A stretch of 64,000 nucleotides of DNA, from NCBI RefSeq assembly GCF_009914755.1, contig NC_060926.1; one strand, 5' to 3'. How positions within the stretch are numbered: position 1 is the stretch's first letter; each line of letters starts with the position of its first letter. The translations under genes and the position numbers were made by a program. The stretch is from the human T2T-CHM13v2.0 reference genome, Homo sapiens. Positions 42,713 through 56,366 of the stretch are shown here, piece by piece. The notes below the pieces were generated by a model that saw nothing but the letters and a program-made list of their open reading frames with translations, ran no database searches and had not been told where the DNA came from.

Positions 42713-43300
42713 ATATTGGTTAAATTTCTTTCAGTTGCAAGTAACAGAAAAGGCCTATTCAAATTCCCTTAAGCAAAGAATGGGAAATATAGAGGCTGGT
42801 CCAGTTTCACTTGGGTAATTTGTGGCTCAGCTGCATCATCTGGGATACAGATTTTATTTCTTGACGATCCCATTCTGAGTGTGTCAGCTTTGCCTTCAGG
42901 CTGTGTCCCCTTGTCATTCACACATGGTTGCAACAATTCCAGGCATTAAATAGCTTCTGTTATACAATATCCAGCAATGAGCAGAGGTAGAGGGGCCATC
43001 TTTTCTTAGGTCTCTTTCTGGAATTTAGGCTCTTCCTCAGAAGCCTAGCAGCAGGCGGGTCTCACATAATTAGCCTCATGTAATTAACATAATTAGCCTT
43101 GTGTAATTAACCACAACTGAGTCACGTGCCTACACTTAAACAGATCAGGGATGATTACCCTGATTGGTTTCTAGCACTCATGATTAACCCCTGGAGTTGG
43201 AGATACATTTGCCCTCCCCTGGGTCAGTAAACACCCAGAAAAAATTGGTTTTGCAAGTTAGGAAGAAGAGCAGCATTGTTGGATGTTGCACAAACCGAAT
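42713..43300 (-). mobile_element. Old MaLR LTR (MLT1K/L-like)
   Basis: TTTCAGTTGCAAGTAACAGAAA...TTAAGCAAAG, ACTGAGTCACGTGCC, AAAATTGG...GGAAGAAG. Confidence 0.65.
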
Positions 43301-43612
43301 AAATATCCATCAAAAGTCCTAATATCTACATCTTAAAAAATTGTAGGATAACCCACCAGGTTTGCGAACGACTGTCCTAAACTCAGGGTTGGCTGCTGGA
43401 GCATTTGTTGCCTTCGTGTAAATGAGTAGAAGAAACCCCTCCTGGAACCAGAGCCTTGTGAGCGTGCAGCTGTGAGTAGAGGGCAGCTTTGCATGAATGA
43501 AAAACAAAGCCCCTTCCAATCCATCCCCAAATCAGGGATGAGGGTTTGTGCCTGCTTGTTGAGCAGAGCAAGGGCTAAGGTTTAGTTTTTCAACTCTCCT
43601 CCCCACTGTGTC

Positions 43613-43801
43613 CAGTGGTGTGCTGATAACTGTCTGACAGCCAGCTCCTTGATTTACACAGTTTGCCCATTTCTGTGGTATAAATATTGCCACCATGGCC
43701 AATTTTAAGCTACTGAGTTCATATCACTGAATGTGGAGCTGGGAAGTGAGGCTCATAATCAGCTCTCACAAGAGGTATAAGCCAGCCCCAGGACACCATT
43801 G
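43613..43801. mobile_element. MER63-like hAT-Blackjack MITE
   Basis: TIRs CAGTGGTGTGCTG and CAGGACACCATTG, plus CCACCATGGCCAATTTTAAGCTAC. Confidence 0.75.
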
Positions 43802-44424
43802 CCCACGGCCTGGAAGCCACCATGTGAAGACCACAGCCTGCAAAGCCAACTACAGTAGCCCTACCTGAAATCATGCTTTGTGCCACATGGGGAAAACTAC
43901 CAAAATAAAACCTATTATAAAATTGGTGAGTCGTTTCTGTTTTGTTTTTTTCAAAATGAGTCCTAAACACAAACTCTAAAAATAATTGCATTTCAAACAT
44001 CATGCCTTTAAATCGTCATTTCAGAACTCTCATCTTATTTGAAATTATACAACATTTGAAAGCTAATAATGGACAGAAACTTCCTGTTTTAAGTAACTCA
44101 ATGATCATTACTATAATTTATTACTCATTCGTGGGGATAAAATAATATATTAAAAAAGTAGAATCCAGAAAAGGCTAAGTAAGGAATGGAAATAATGTCA
44201 AAGAAAACTATTATATCTTTGAATTGTGTTGAAGCACAAAATTTATTTTAGAAAATTTCTATTCCTGACACTACTTAATAATGCAGGGGAAGGCTAAGCA
44301 ATATATTACATAGTCATGCAATTTTTCTTTGCCTCAGATGCTTACTTTGTATTGTTTTATATAAATGTTGGAATGCTCCTTCTTTAAATTATTATTTGCA
44401 TGGAGACCAAAATCAAGGAAGCTA

Positions 44425-44680
44425 GTGCAGCCTAGTGGTTAGAAGCATCATTTCTTATGTAAAGCTGCTTTCGATGAAGCCCTAGCTCTACTACCCGCCA
44501 ATAGTATAATCCTGTTCCCAGTCACTTCACTTCTCTTAACTCTAGTACCCTCATGGGTAACATGAAGATAATACCAATGCTTATATCGTAGGGCTTAAAA
44601 GAAGTGTAAGTGAAATAATAATTCATATCTGTGCTCCACATCATGCCTGGTGCATTGTAGATACTCCATAGACATTAGAC
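44425..44680 (+). mobile_element. MIR
   Basis: GTGCAGCCTAGTGGTTAG head and TGCCTGGTGCATTGTAG tail. Confidence 0.7.
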
Positions 44681-45534
44681 ATGAAATAGTCACATGGGGA
44701 CAGACCTGGAATCAAAAGCCTGTAAACTTCTTTCTAGCCAATCAGTCAATGACTCATGACAGCTACACTTTAGGCATCACTCAGAGTGAAGGAAATCAGG
44801 AAGTGCTAGTGATCGAGTAGTCTGGGTCAGGCCTAGAATGAGAGATCTGCTATTGTTTTATTTCAAGGTCATGGCTGTGTGTTTTCACCTATGTATTTCT
44901 TCCTCCTCTTTCCCCCACCCTCCACCCTTCTCTAATTCCCAGAGGGTTTGTATCACCTGCACCCCAGGCTCTCATGGTGTATTCAGTCACCCATTTAGAA
45001 CTTAAACAGAGAAGGAGCACCTGGCTAAATAGCAAAAGGACAGACCCCTATGTATGTTTGCTTTTTATTTGTTTTACTTTGTTGGTACAAGTGTTTTTTG
45101 TTTGTTTGTTTTTATGTTTGTTCTTTTCTCACAAAGACCAGGTAGAGCAGGCTGAGTAAGGAATGGGAAGAAGTAGAAGGTGAACTTAGGTAGGGAAGGA
45201 TGACAGACAGTCCTTGATCCAATAGTGGGAGAAAGAAGTATCTTCCATTATAAAATTCAGGGATCTGTGAGCAGGCTGACTCAGAGCTATGCTTCACCCA
45301 CTAAGAACCACTCCTCCTACTCTCTGTGCCATCGCTCCACCATTTATGGACAACACCCTTTCAATGATCCCAGCCTCCTGGGATACTCTACCAGAGGGAA
45401 AGTGGATAGGCAGCCTCTGAGGGGATAGCCACTACTGAAATAGGACTGCCTAGAACCAGCTGGGAAGTTTTCTGTGAGTCATGACTGTGGCGAATACATC
45501 TCCCGTTACATGCATATTATTGCATGGATTCTAC

Positions 45535-45700
45535 ACTAGGGTTTCTCGACCTTGGCATTGTTCACATTTTGACTTTGTTGTTTGGAGCTGTTTTGTGCTT
45601 TGTGGTAGCTTCTGCTCCCCATTTGTGACAAGCAAAACTGTTTCTGGATGTTGCCAAATGTCCCATGGAAGGCAAAATTGTTCCAGGTGAGAACCACTGT
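45535..45700 (-). mobile_element. MER20 fragment
   Basis: AGGGTTTCTCGACCTTGGCA...TGCCAAATGTCCC...GGCAAAATT...GAGAACCACTG. Confidence 0.75.
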
Positions 45701-47254
45701 TCTATACCATAACCTCGTTGGATAGTTATGACTCCCATGGCACAGAAGAAGAGACTGAAATGCAGGTATTCAGAAGGTTGCCCAAGGTCCCAGAACTAGT
45801 GAATAGCAGACATTGTCTAAAGCACGTATTTCTTTACCATTCTGCCTCTTGTTTTGAGGCTTCAAAGTCTATCTCAGAATCTTTAAGACTGTAGGAACTT
45901 CATAAACATTTGTTAAATTAATCAAAAATTAGTGAACACAATAACCCTCCACATTAATTCTCTAGCCTCTAGCTCTCCATCAAAGTAAATAAGCAGAAAG
46001 TTAAGGCTTAGTAACAGGACCCACTGAGATTGAAAGCAGTCATATGCAGCCAAGTCCATACCGATACATAATGGACTCCCACTTGCCAGGGCAGGGTTGG
46101 GGGGTTCCAAGTTACATGAGGTTATTCTGAAACTATAGATAACGGATCAGAGATCACATGTGACAGATCTTGGACAATGTGTATAAATTTCTCTGAGACT
46201 CATCTAGAAATATTTCTCATCTATAAAGTATTCCTACCTCATGCTGTTATAGTGAGGACTAGAAATATGTTAGGTAAAGTATCTGTGACAGAGCCTGGTA
46301 CATACGTGATCAATAAGTAAAAACTCTTACTGTCATTATTATCACTATTCATTTCATAAACAGTCTGTATATCTGTACCAGATAAATCAAAGAACAGTAG
46401 GATACTGTCTCCTTATTCCTTATATAAGCTAAGATTCTGAATCATTTATGTGCGTATTACAATTCTTAAGAATAAGAAAAAGCCTTGGACTGGGAGGTAG
46501 GAGACCTGGATTCTAGTCCTGACCCTAATTAGCTATATGACTTTGAATATGTCAACTGACCCCCGAGACTGTTTCATCATCTGAAACAGTATTTACAAGA
46601 TTAAGCTACACGATATCTCAAATTTTTTCTAAATCACTTGTTCTTTGAAATGTGAATGCAAAATGATCATCTGCTATTTTCTAGACCTTTGTTCTTTGAA
46701 TCCACATATATGAAGGACTATTTTCTGCAATATTACAAGAACAGTCTCCTCAAAGCCATTTCAGTGAATTACTACAGAATTCAGATTAGAGCTGTAAAAA
46801 TCAATAATCAAGTCACCAAACATATAAGTTAGCGATCATGACTTGATTATATCTCTGCATGGCAAATAACTTGGATTTAAATATTTATGATTTTGCAGCC
46901 AGTTTAGGAATCTGGTCTTTCTGTCATGTATTGAATAAAAATAATCAATGGAAAATAATAGCTCCCATCAAGTTGTAGTCAAAATGAATGTTGAATAGCC
47001 TAACTGCAGACACAGCAGACTTATTTAAAAAATCAATCTTCCAACATAAAGCCGAAATTTATAAATACTGAACAACCCCATCTTTGCTGTGGAATCACAT
47101 TTATATAATGCTGTGTAACACATCTGCCTCTGCACCTATGTTTGTGGCATTGTCTCCATTTTGAGTGCTCTCTCAGCTTTCAAGGCCTACTGCAGATGGA
47201 CAATGAAGCTTCTGGAATCTCCTCAAAAGAGGTGACATTTTCTGCCTCTGAATT

Positions 47255-48090
47255 CATTTAGTAAAAAATATCCATTATGCAATTATTGAATACCTACTCT
47301 ATCATATTCCCTGAGGCTCATAGCAGATTGTTACAAAACTGTCTGGAGGTATATGCAAGGTGCTATTCAGAACAACTTACACACAGGAAGACTACAGTAA
47401 GGTTACAAAAGTAAATGTGAAAAAATAGTACAAGACAAGGGTAGGAGGTAGGAGAGGGGGGAAGTGGATGCCACTGCTTTGTTCTTTCATCCCTGCATCT
47501 TTAATAAAGAAGACACTTTCAGAAGCAAGGACTGTGGGAGAGCATAATTAATAAGCCTACACAGAAAGGTTAAGAATGATTTCTGTAAGCTGACATAAGT
47601 CAGTACAAGCTTAATGAAGGGGTGGAAATCGTCAGATTAGCACTGTAGGTGAGAACTCTCTGGTGACAGTATGGAGGATACACTAGAGAAAGGCAACACC
47701 AAATAGTAGAGAGGAGAGAAGAGAGGCTGTGGAAGTGATAACAGATTACATACAAAGGAAGTGCCTAGAAATGAACAGGAGGAATAAGCTCAAAAGACAT
47801 TAAGGGATAAAATCAATAGAAGTTTATTAAACGTGGTGAGCAAGAAAGAAGGATGAGTCAATGATGACATATTGATCCCTGGCCTAGAAGACCAAGTCAA
47901 TGATGGTAGCACTCACCTATTTGCGAAATTCAGCAGGCAGAACAGATTTTTGAGGTAAGACCAATTGTACACATCAATTGAGATGTGTAGAATTTGAAGT
48001 GCCAATGGAACTATCAGTAGAAGTGTCCATTAAACACATAGATATATAAGTCAGAAGCTCAGGAAAGTGAGCTGAAAATATTGGTATTTT
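47255..48090 (-). mobile_element. L2 fragment, probably resuming at ~51630-51810 after the L1M insertion
   Basis: TTATTGAATACCTAC, GAGTCAATGATGAC, GATATATAAGTCAGAAGCTCAGGA. The downstream piece reads TGAATTTGGCAACTAGGAAGGT. Confidence 0.7.
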
Positions 48091-48169
48091 GAATATATTT
48101 GTGAAATATAAACACACTTCCAGAAAGGCATATAAAAATAAATGTATGGCATACTGAATTATTATAAAT

Positions 48170-51100
48170 TAAACATGTATGTAACTCCCGGCTAGGTGAG
48201 GAGACAGAGCATTCCCAGATAGTCACCTGCCTAATGACAACCACATCCCTTCCTCCTAAAAAAAACTACTATCTTGATTTTATGGTAATAACATCCTTGT
48301 TTTCCTATCTATTTTACCACCTAATGATACATTCTTAATCACTCTACCTGAATTCTATTTTGACCCTTATATGAATGGAATGATACGGGGCACATTCTTT
48401 TATGCCCGGTGTCTTGTGTTCAATGTATTTCCAATACATACCCAGGTTGTTATATTGTGGTAGTTTATTTGTTTTTCACTAGAATATAGTATTCACATTT
48501 ATTTATTTTTTTGTGGATGTTTGAGTTGCTTCAAGTTTGGGGCCATTATGAATAAAGCTGTTACAAAATCACATTTATCATCTAACAGACGTTTCTGTTG
48601 GGTAAATAACTTGGAATGAAATTGCTAGGTTAAAAGATTGCATAGAATCCTCAACTTACGTAGAAAATGTCTAAGTATATTCTAAAGTCACTGTACCACT
48701 TTACACATCTACCAGCATTAAGAATTCCAGTTGTTTCACAACCTCACCAACACTTGATATTGGGTGCCTTTCTAATTTCAGCTATTCTGATGGGTGTATA
48801 GGGATATCACTGTGGCATAAAGGCATAAAGTTGAATGCCTTTCCATCTGTGTGGTAATCATTTAGATAACTTATTTTGTGGAATGGCTGTTGCAATATCT
48901 TGTCCATTTATTTTTCCACTGGGTGGTCTATCTTTATCTTATTGATTTACAAGAGATCTTTGTATTTTCTGTAAGAGGTTTTTGTTATTTACATGTACTC
49001 TCACTCTATAAATAGCTTTTGTTTTGTTTTTACTGTTTTAATGGTGATTATTGATGGATAGAAGTTTTTCATTTTATTGTGTTACAACTATAAATTTTAT
49101 CTCATGGTTAATGCTTTTTGTGTCTAGGTTTTTTTAAATAAGCTACCCCAAAGATAGAAGATATTCTTCCAAATTTGCCTTGATAAATTTGAGTATTTTG
49201 ACTCTCATGTAAAGGTCTATGATTTATCTGGAATTGATTTTGCATATATCTTGAAGTTAATAGCAAGTTTCTTTTCTCCCATGTGGATATCCAATCGTTG
49301 CAGCAACATAAATCAAGTGCTCTTCCGTGTGCGTGACTTTTCCTGCATTCCATATTCTATTACATTTGACTATTCATCTATATTTTAACCAGCTATCTTA
49401 AGTACTGTAGCTTTAAAACAAGTTTTTTATATCTAGCAGAAGATATATTAGCTATGTGAAGCCCTCTATTATTCCATATAAATAGCATAATTCTGCGTAC
49501 AGTCACACAAACCATTGGATTTTGATGGGGATCACATCAAATATGTAGATACATTTAGGAAGAATTGATAACTTTCTTAGATTAAGTCTTCTAATTCATG
49601 GACATGGAGTATTTTTCCATTTACTTCAGTATTCATTAATTTCTCCCAAATTTTCTAGAGGTCTTACACATCTTAGATTAATTCCTAGAAATTTGTTTCC
49701 TAATTGCAAGAGGCAACTTTAAAATTTTATTTTTTCATGTGTATTTTTATTATTGCATATAAAAATAAATGCCTTTTATTCTATGGATTTTCTATTAGCA
49801 ACCTTGCTAAACTCATTTTTAAAATATTAATAATTTTATCTGTCAAACCTCTTAGATTTGTTACATACCAAATCACATCATTAGCAAAGAGTGAAAGTCT
49901 TATTTCCTTATTTCCATTCTTATAACTTTTATTTGTTCCTCTCACCTTCCTGCACTAGCTAGACCTCTCAGGATTAAGAAAAAGCAATGAGAGTAGGTAT
50001 TCTCTTGTTCCCAATCTCAAATGGAAAATCTTTGTAGTAGATGCCTATGCAAAATTCTAAACTAAATATGAATACCGTGAACTCTGTAATATATGAAAAA
50101 GGGAAATATATCATGTCCAAATTGCATATTTTAGAAATGGAAGTCCTTGAGGAAGCTGGCCTTCAATATTTCTTTTTAGTAATACCCTTGTCTGATTTTG
50201 CTATCCAGGTTTTGCTGGATTTATGAAACTGTGTAGAGAATGCTGTTTCTCCTTTTTTCTAGAGAATTTTGTGGAAGATTCCTTCAATACTTATCTGGTA
50301 GAATTTGCTGGAGGAGCCACTTGAGCCTGAAGTTTTCTTGGTGGGAAAGCTTTTATTTATGAATTTATATCACTAATAGTAATAAAACTATTTAGATTTT
50401 ATGTTTATTCTTGTGACAGCTTGGAAATTTCATTAGAATACTTAACTCCATTGAAATCTACCTTCTTTCTCACTTTTTGCTATAAACTTAATTCTTTAAA
50501 TTTTATATTTTATGAACCCTAAAAAAATTATATTTTCAAAATATAATATTTGTTTGGAATTATCCCCCTATTTACCATATTCCTTGTATTTAATTTCTTT
50601 CCACATTGAAAACTTCTATCTGGTATAATGTTCTTTTTGCTGAAGAACACCTTTTAATATTGCCTTTAGTATTTACGCTAGTCTCCTACTGGAAAATCAT
50701 TTGCTTTTAATTGGGCTGAAATGTCTATTTCACCTTCATTCTTAAAGAATATATTTTTGTGGTTATAGAATGCCATGTTGATATTCTCACATTTAAGATA
50801 TCACTTAGTTTTATTACAAATTTCTAACTGGAGCTGGTTTGTTTGTTTGTTTACTTATTTTGCCTGCTTGAGTTTCATTGAGTTTTTGAATCTGTCACCT
50901 GATAACGCTCATTTATTCTGGAAAACTCTCATACATTATTACTATGAATTTTTTTGCTCCTATCTGTTCAGTCTTTTCTAAGACTCAAAGTGCCCATTTT
51001 ACTTTATGTCTCATTCTAAAATGCTCTTTTTTATTTTCCATTCATTATTTCCATTATGCTCTATTCTAAATATTGTCTTCTGCTATACTTTTCATATCAC

Positions 51101-51560
51101 TATGTGTTTCACTTGCTATTAATCTCATTAATTACATTTTTCAATTCAATTTCAGGCTTTTCAAAGTTCTAGAGCTTGTATTTGGTTTTCTTTCAATTTT
51201 GTTGCAACACTTTTTATAATTTCCAGTTTTCTGAGAAAATTTTCTCTTAACTTTTATCTGGTTATATATGCTAAGCATCACTATTTCAAAGTCTTTTTCT
51301 GACAATTTCAGTGCCAGAAGGTCTTGTGGGTCTGTTTCTATTGTCTATTGCTTTGACTAATTTTTTATTTACATTGTCTTGTCTGTTGATGTATGCTGTG
51401 ATTTTTTATTGTATACCAGAGTTGAACAGATGTTTACAGAAATTTTTCAAGGACTCAGATAATATTATCAACCCCTATAGATCTTTGTTGGTTTCTACCA
51501 GATACCTGGTGGCATCAGCAATCCTAGGTTGCCTTAGTCTGGTTTCTAGAACTTGGATTT
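48170..51560 (-). mobile_element. Ancient L1ME-type element, degenerate with internal deletions
   Basis: T-rich L1 3'UTR/ORF2 (GGGCCATTATGAATAAAGCTG, GGAATGAAATTGCTAGGT, CCTCACCAACACTTG) continuing into ORF1-like sequence. Confidence 0.75.
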
Positions 51561-51821
51561 TTATCTACCACACACATAACTTTAAGTTACTTTACAAAAT
51601 AGAAAGAAAGGTCAAATATGATTTTGAAAAAAAAAATTCATTGAATTTGGCAACTAGGAAGGTATCTTAAATAACCATGGTAAAGGTAATACCTGTAGGA
51701 TAGTAGAATATGTCCAGTTTCAGCAGAGAAGAAAGAATGTTGAAAGAAACTAAATATAAAAATGTTTTCAAGAAGCTTGACATTAATAGGAAAGAAAGAG
51801 GTAGGCTAAAGGGCACATGTG

Positions 51822-54800
51822 AGGACTTCTGGTTCCAAAATGGCAGTGTAGTAGCAAACTGGCATCACTCCCCACCACACAAAACCAAAACCAAATATAC
51901 AGCACCAAGATTATACTCAGCAATAACCCAGAAATCTAATATGAGGATGATACAGTTCCTGGGGCCACAGAGAAAATAGAAATTAAAAAAAACTCTGAGC
52001 AGATGGTAAGAAAATTAGACTTCCATATCCATGATGCCCCTCTGCCCAATCTATCTGGCACCAAGCACATGCAAAATTTCACCCAACTCAGGGTTTTTAC
52101 ATTGGAAAATGTGAGAGCAAGTGGACAACCAGCTTTCCTACCATCTTGAGTTTCTTGGCAGGAGATCAGTCCTTACCTCAACTCACAGGAAGAATCCAGA
52201 GTGACTGAGAAGAGAAATATCCCTGAGGACAGCCAGAGACAAAGTGGGGAGGTAAAACTACCATATCCAGCCTTGGAAACTTTACCCTGTAACTTAGCCA
52301 ATGGAGATAACAAATCAGAGTAGCAGTTCAGTAGCACCATGTTGTAGATTTGTTTCACTGGTCCCCTGGGCAAGAACTTCTAGCTCACCTTTCCATTCCA
52401 TCAGGATATCCCCCTTTTGAATCTCCCCCATTTGAGACAGGTGGCACGTCAATTCATTACTACAGCCAAGGCAAACCTGAACCTAAGGCACCATCTACTG
52501 CTGAAAAAGAAGCAGCAACCTAGCAGAAAACAAAGAAAGGAAATCAACAGGTAAATTACAAAGAGTCTCTAAGCAAACACACCTAGTAGAAGCCCAAACA
52601 AAAGCCAGACAAAGAAGACTAGAATAAATACCTAATCCCTCAATGAAAAGACACAAAGGTACATCCACAAGAAAAGACAGTAAATGCAGAACCATGACTT
52701 CCACCAAACAGACAAAGCAAGTAACAAGTGATTGACCCAAATGAGACAGTGAATGTAAGCTTTCTGGCCAAGAATTTAAAATGGCAGTTTTAAGAAAACT
52801 CAGTGATCACCAAGATAACACAAGAAAGCAATTCCGAAATTTATTATATAAATTTAACAAGAGATTGAAATAAATTTTTAAAAATCAAACAGAAATCTTG
52901 GAACTAAGAAATGCATTTGCCAAATTGAAAAATTAATTAGAGGCTCTCAGAAGCATAATATTTCAAGCAGAAGAAAGAATCAATAAGCTCAAAGATACAC
53001 TATTTACAAACACACAGTCAGAGGATAAAAAAGAATGAAAATAAAGGAAAATCACCTACAAGATATAGAAAATTACCTCAAAAGAACAAATCTAAGAATT
53101 ATTAGTGTCCAAGAGGGAACTGAGCAAAAACAAGGGGTGGAAATCTTCTGCAAATAAATAATAACAAAAAACATTCCAAACCTTGATAAACAGAGAAATA
53201 TTAAGGTACAGGTAGGTTACAGAATACCAAAAAGACTTGACCCAAATAAAAAGGCATAAGAAAATAAAACTTTCTGAGATCAAGAACAAAGAGAGGATTC
53301 TAAAAGCAGCGAGAGAAAAGAAGCAAATAACACATAAAGGAGCTCCAATTAATCTGGCAACAGATTTCTCCAAGGAAACCATATAGCCCAGGAGGGTGTT
53401 AGATAATGTTTTCAAAGTGCCAAAAGAAAAAAAAATTGTCATTCAAAAATATTGTATCTAGCATAGCTATCCTTCAAACGTAAATGAGAGAAAAAATCTT
53501 TTCCAGACAAACAAAAGCTGAGATAATTTACCACCACAAGATCCATCTTACAAGAATTGCTAAAGAGAGTTCTCAATTTGAAAGAAAAGAAAACATGCAA
53601 AAAGAAAAATATATGAAGGTATAAAACCCACTGGTACAATTAAATGGATGGACAAACTCAGAATACTCCCAATATTTTTATTGTAATATGCAATCCATTC
53701 ATAACTCTGGTATGAAGCCAGACAGACAAATCTACCAAAAACAATATACCTCCAGCAACATGTTAAGTGATAGGCAATATAAAAATATGTAAATCAAGAC
53801 AACAAAAAGTAAAAATGTAGGGGGATGGAGTTAAAATACCAATTTTTTATTTTCTCATTGTTTCTATTCTTTTCTTTGTGATCTAAGTTGTCATCTCTTT
53901 AAAATATCTAGTTATATTTATATGATATTTTTTGAAAGATTCATGATAACCACAATGGAAAAACGTATCATGGATTTACTAAAAATAAAAAGTGATAGAT
54001 TAAAATATATTCCCAGAGAAAATCACTTAATCACAAAGGAAGACAGTAAGAAAGGGGGAGTTTCAAAACAACCAGAAAACAAGAATCAAAATGTCAGTAG
54101 TAAGTATTTACTTATCAATAATAACACAAAATATAAATGGAGTCAATTCTCTAATTAAGAGACAGAGTGGCTAAAGAGACAAGAGCCAACTATATATTGC
54201 CTACAGGAATCCCACTTCACCTACAAAGATACATATAGACTGAAAGTGAAAGGGTAGAAAAAAACATTCCATGCAACTGGAAACAAAAAAAAAAAAAAAC
54301 AGGAAAAGCTATATTTATGTCACATAAAATAGACTACAAATAAAAGACTGTAAGAGTCTATATATAAAAAAGGTCATTATATGATGATAAAGGGGTCAAT
54401 TCAGCAAGAGGATATAACATTATAAATCTCTATACACTCAATACAGTCAACACCAAAGCTCCCAGGTATATAAAGCAAACATTAATAGATCTACAGGGAG
54501 GGATAGACTGCAATACAATAAGAGTAGTGGACTTCAACACCCCATTTTCAGTAATGGTCAGATTATTCAGAAAGAAAATCAACACAGAAACATGAAAGTT
54601 AAACTACACACTAGGCTTAATAAGCCTAACTGACATTTACAGAACATTTCACCCAACTGTTGCAGAATACACATTATTTTAATCAACATATGGAACATTC
54701 TCCAGAATAGACCATATCTTAGGATGCAAAACAAGTCTCAAACAATTCAAAAAAAATAAAATATCAAGTATCTTTCCTGACCACAGTGGAATAAAACTAG

Positions 54801-56254
54801 AAATCAATAATGAGAGCAACCTCAGAAACTTTAGTAACACAAGGAAATTAAACATGTTCCTGAACAACTAATGGGTCAATGAATAAATTAAGAGGGAAAT
54901 TTTCAAACTTCTTAAAACAAATTAAAATGGAAATACAACATAAAAAGTCTTGGAAAACAACAAAAGTGTACTAAAATGGAAGTTAATAGAAATAAGTGTC
55001 TATATCAAAAAAATTAGAAAGACTTCAAATAAACAACCTCATGATGCACCTCAAGGAACAAGCAAAAACCATGAAAATCCAAAATTTTTAGAGGAAAGTA
55101 ATAAGATCAGAGCAAAAATAAACAAAATTGAGACTAAAAAATGCAGAAGTTTAACAAAATGAAAAGTTGGTTTTTGAAAAGGTAAACAAAATTAATAAAC
55201 TTTCTTTAGACTAACTAAAAAAATGAGAGTGAAGATCCTAATAATTAAAATCAGAAACTAAAAAGATGACATAACAACAGAGACAACAGAAATAAGAAGA
55301 ATCACCAGAGACTATTAGGAAAAGCTATGTGCCAAAAAATTGGGAAACCTATAATAAATGGAAAAAATTACTGGACATACACAATCTGTGAAGATTCAAC
55401 CATAAAGAAATACAAAACTTCATCAAACAAAAAACAAGATCAAAACCATAATGAAAAGTCAACCATCAAAGAAAAGTCTAAGATCTGTTGAGTTCACTGC
55501 TGAATTCTACCAAACATTTAAAGAACTAAGAATAATTCTACTCAGACTCAAAAACATTGAAGAGGAAGAAATACTTCCAAACACATTCTATGAGGCCAGC
55601 ATTTTCCTGATATCAAAAGCAGAAAATGACAAAAAAAAAAAAAAAAAACATATACAGCAATATTGCAGATGAATATAGATGCAAAAATTCTCAACAAAAT
55701 ACTATCAAACCAAACTCAAACTCAACAACCCATTAAAAAAGATCATTCACAATAATCAAGTAGAATTCATCCTATGGATACAAGGATGGTTCAACATATG
55801 CAAATCAATAAATGTGATACTTCATACTGACAGAATCAAGAGTAGAAACTAAATTAGTATTTCCACAGATAATGAAAAAAGCATTTAATAAAATTCAACA
55901 TCCTTTTATCATAAAAACCCTCAACAAACTGGATATAGAAGGAACACACCTAAAAATAATTAAGGCCATCTATGACAAATCCACAGCTGACATAATACTG
56001 AACTTGGAAAATTTGAAAGCCTTTTCTCTAAGATCCGGACCAAGACAAGGATGCCCATTTTCACAACTTTTATTCTATATAATACTGGAAGTCCTGGCTA
56101 CAGCAATTAGGCAAGAGAAATAAACAAAGGGCACATAAATTGGAAAGAAAAACAAATCAATCTTGTTTGCAGACTACATGATCTAATACTTAGAAAAATC
56201 TGAAGACCCCACCAAAAAAAATGGTTAGAACTGATAAACAAATTCAATAAAGTT
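51822..56254 (+). mobile_element. Older L1MA-type element (5'UTR, ORF1, ORF2 into RT), interrupted at ~56255
   Basis: 5' start GGACTTCTGGTTCCAAAATGGC. ORF2 remnants [38 protein letters not shown]. Confidence 0.9.
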
Positions 56255-56334
56255 GAGAGGTAGAGCAAGGTGGACAAATATGAGGCTCCACTGATCATCC
56301 TCCCCACAAGGCACCAATTTAACAACTATCTACA

Positions 56335-56366
56335 GACACAGACACACACACACACACACACACACA
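56335..56366. repeat. (CA)n microsatellite in the L1 5'UTR
   Basis: GACACAGACACACACACACACACACACACAC. Confidence 0.9.
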
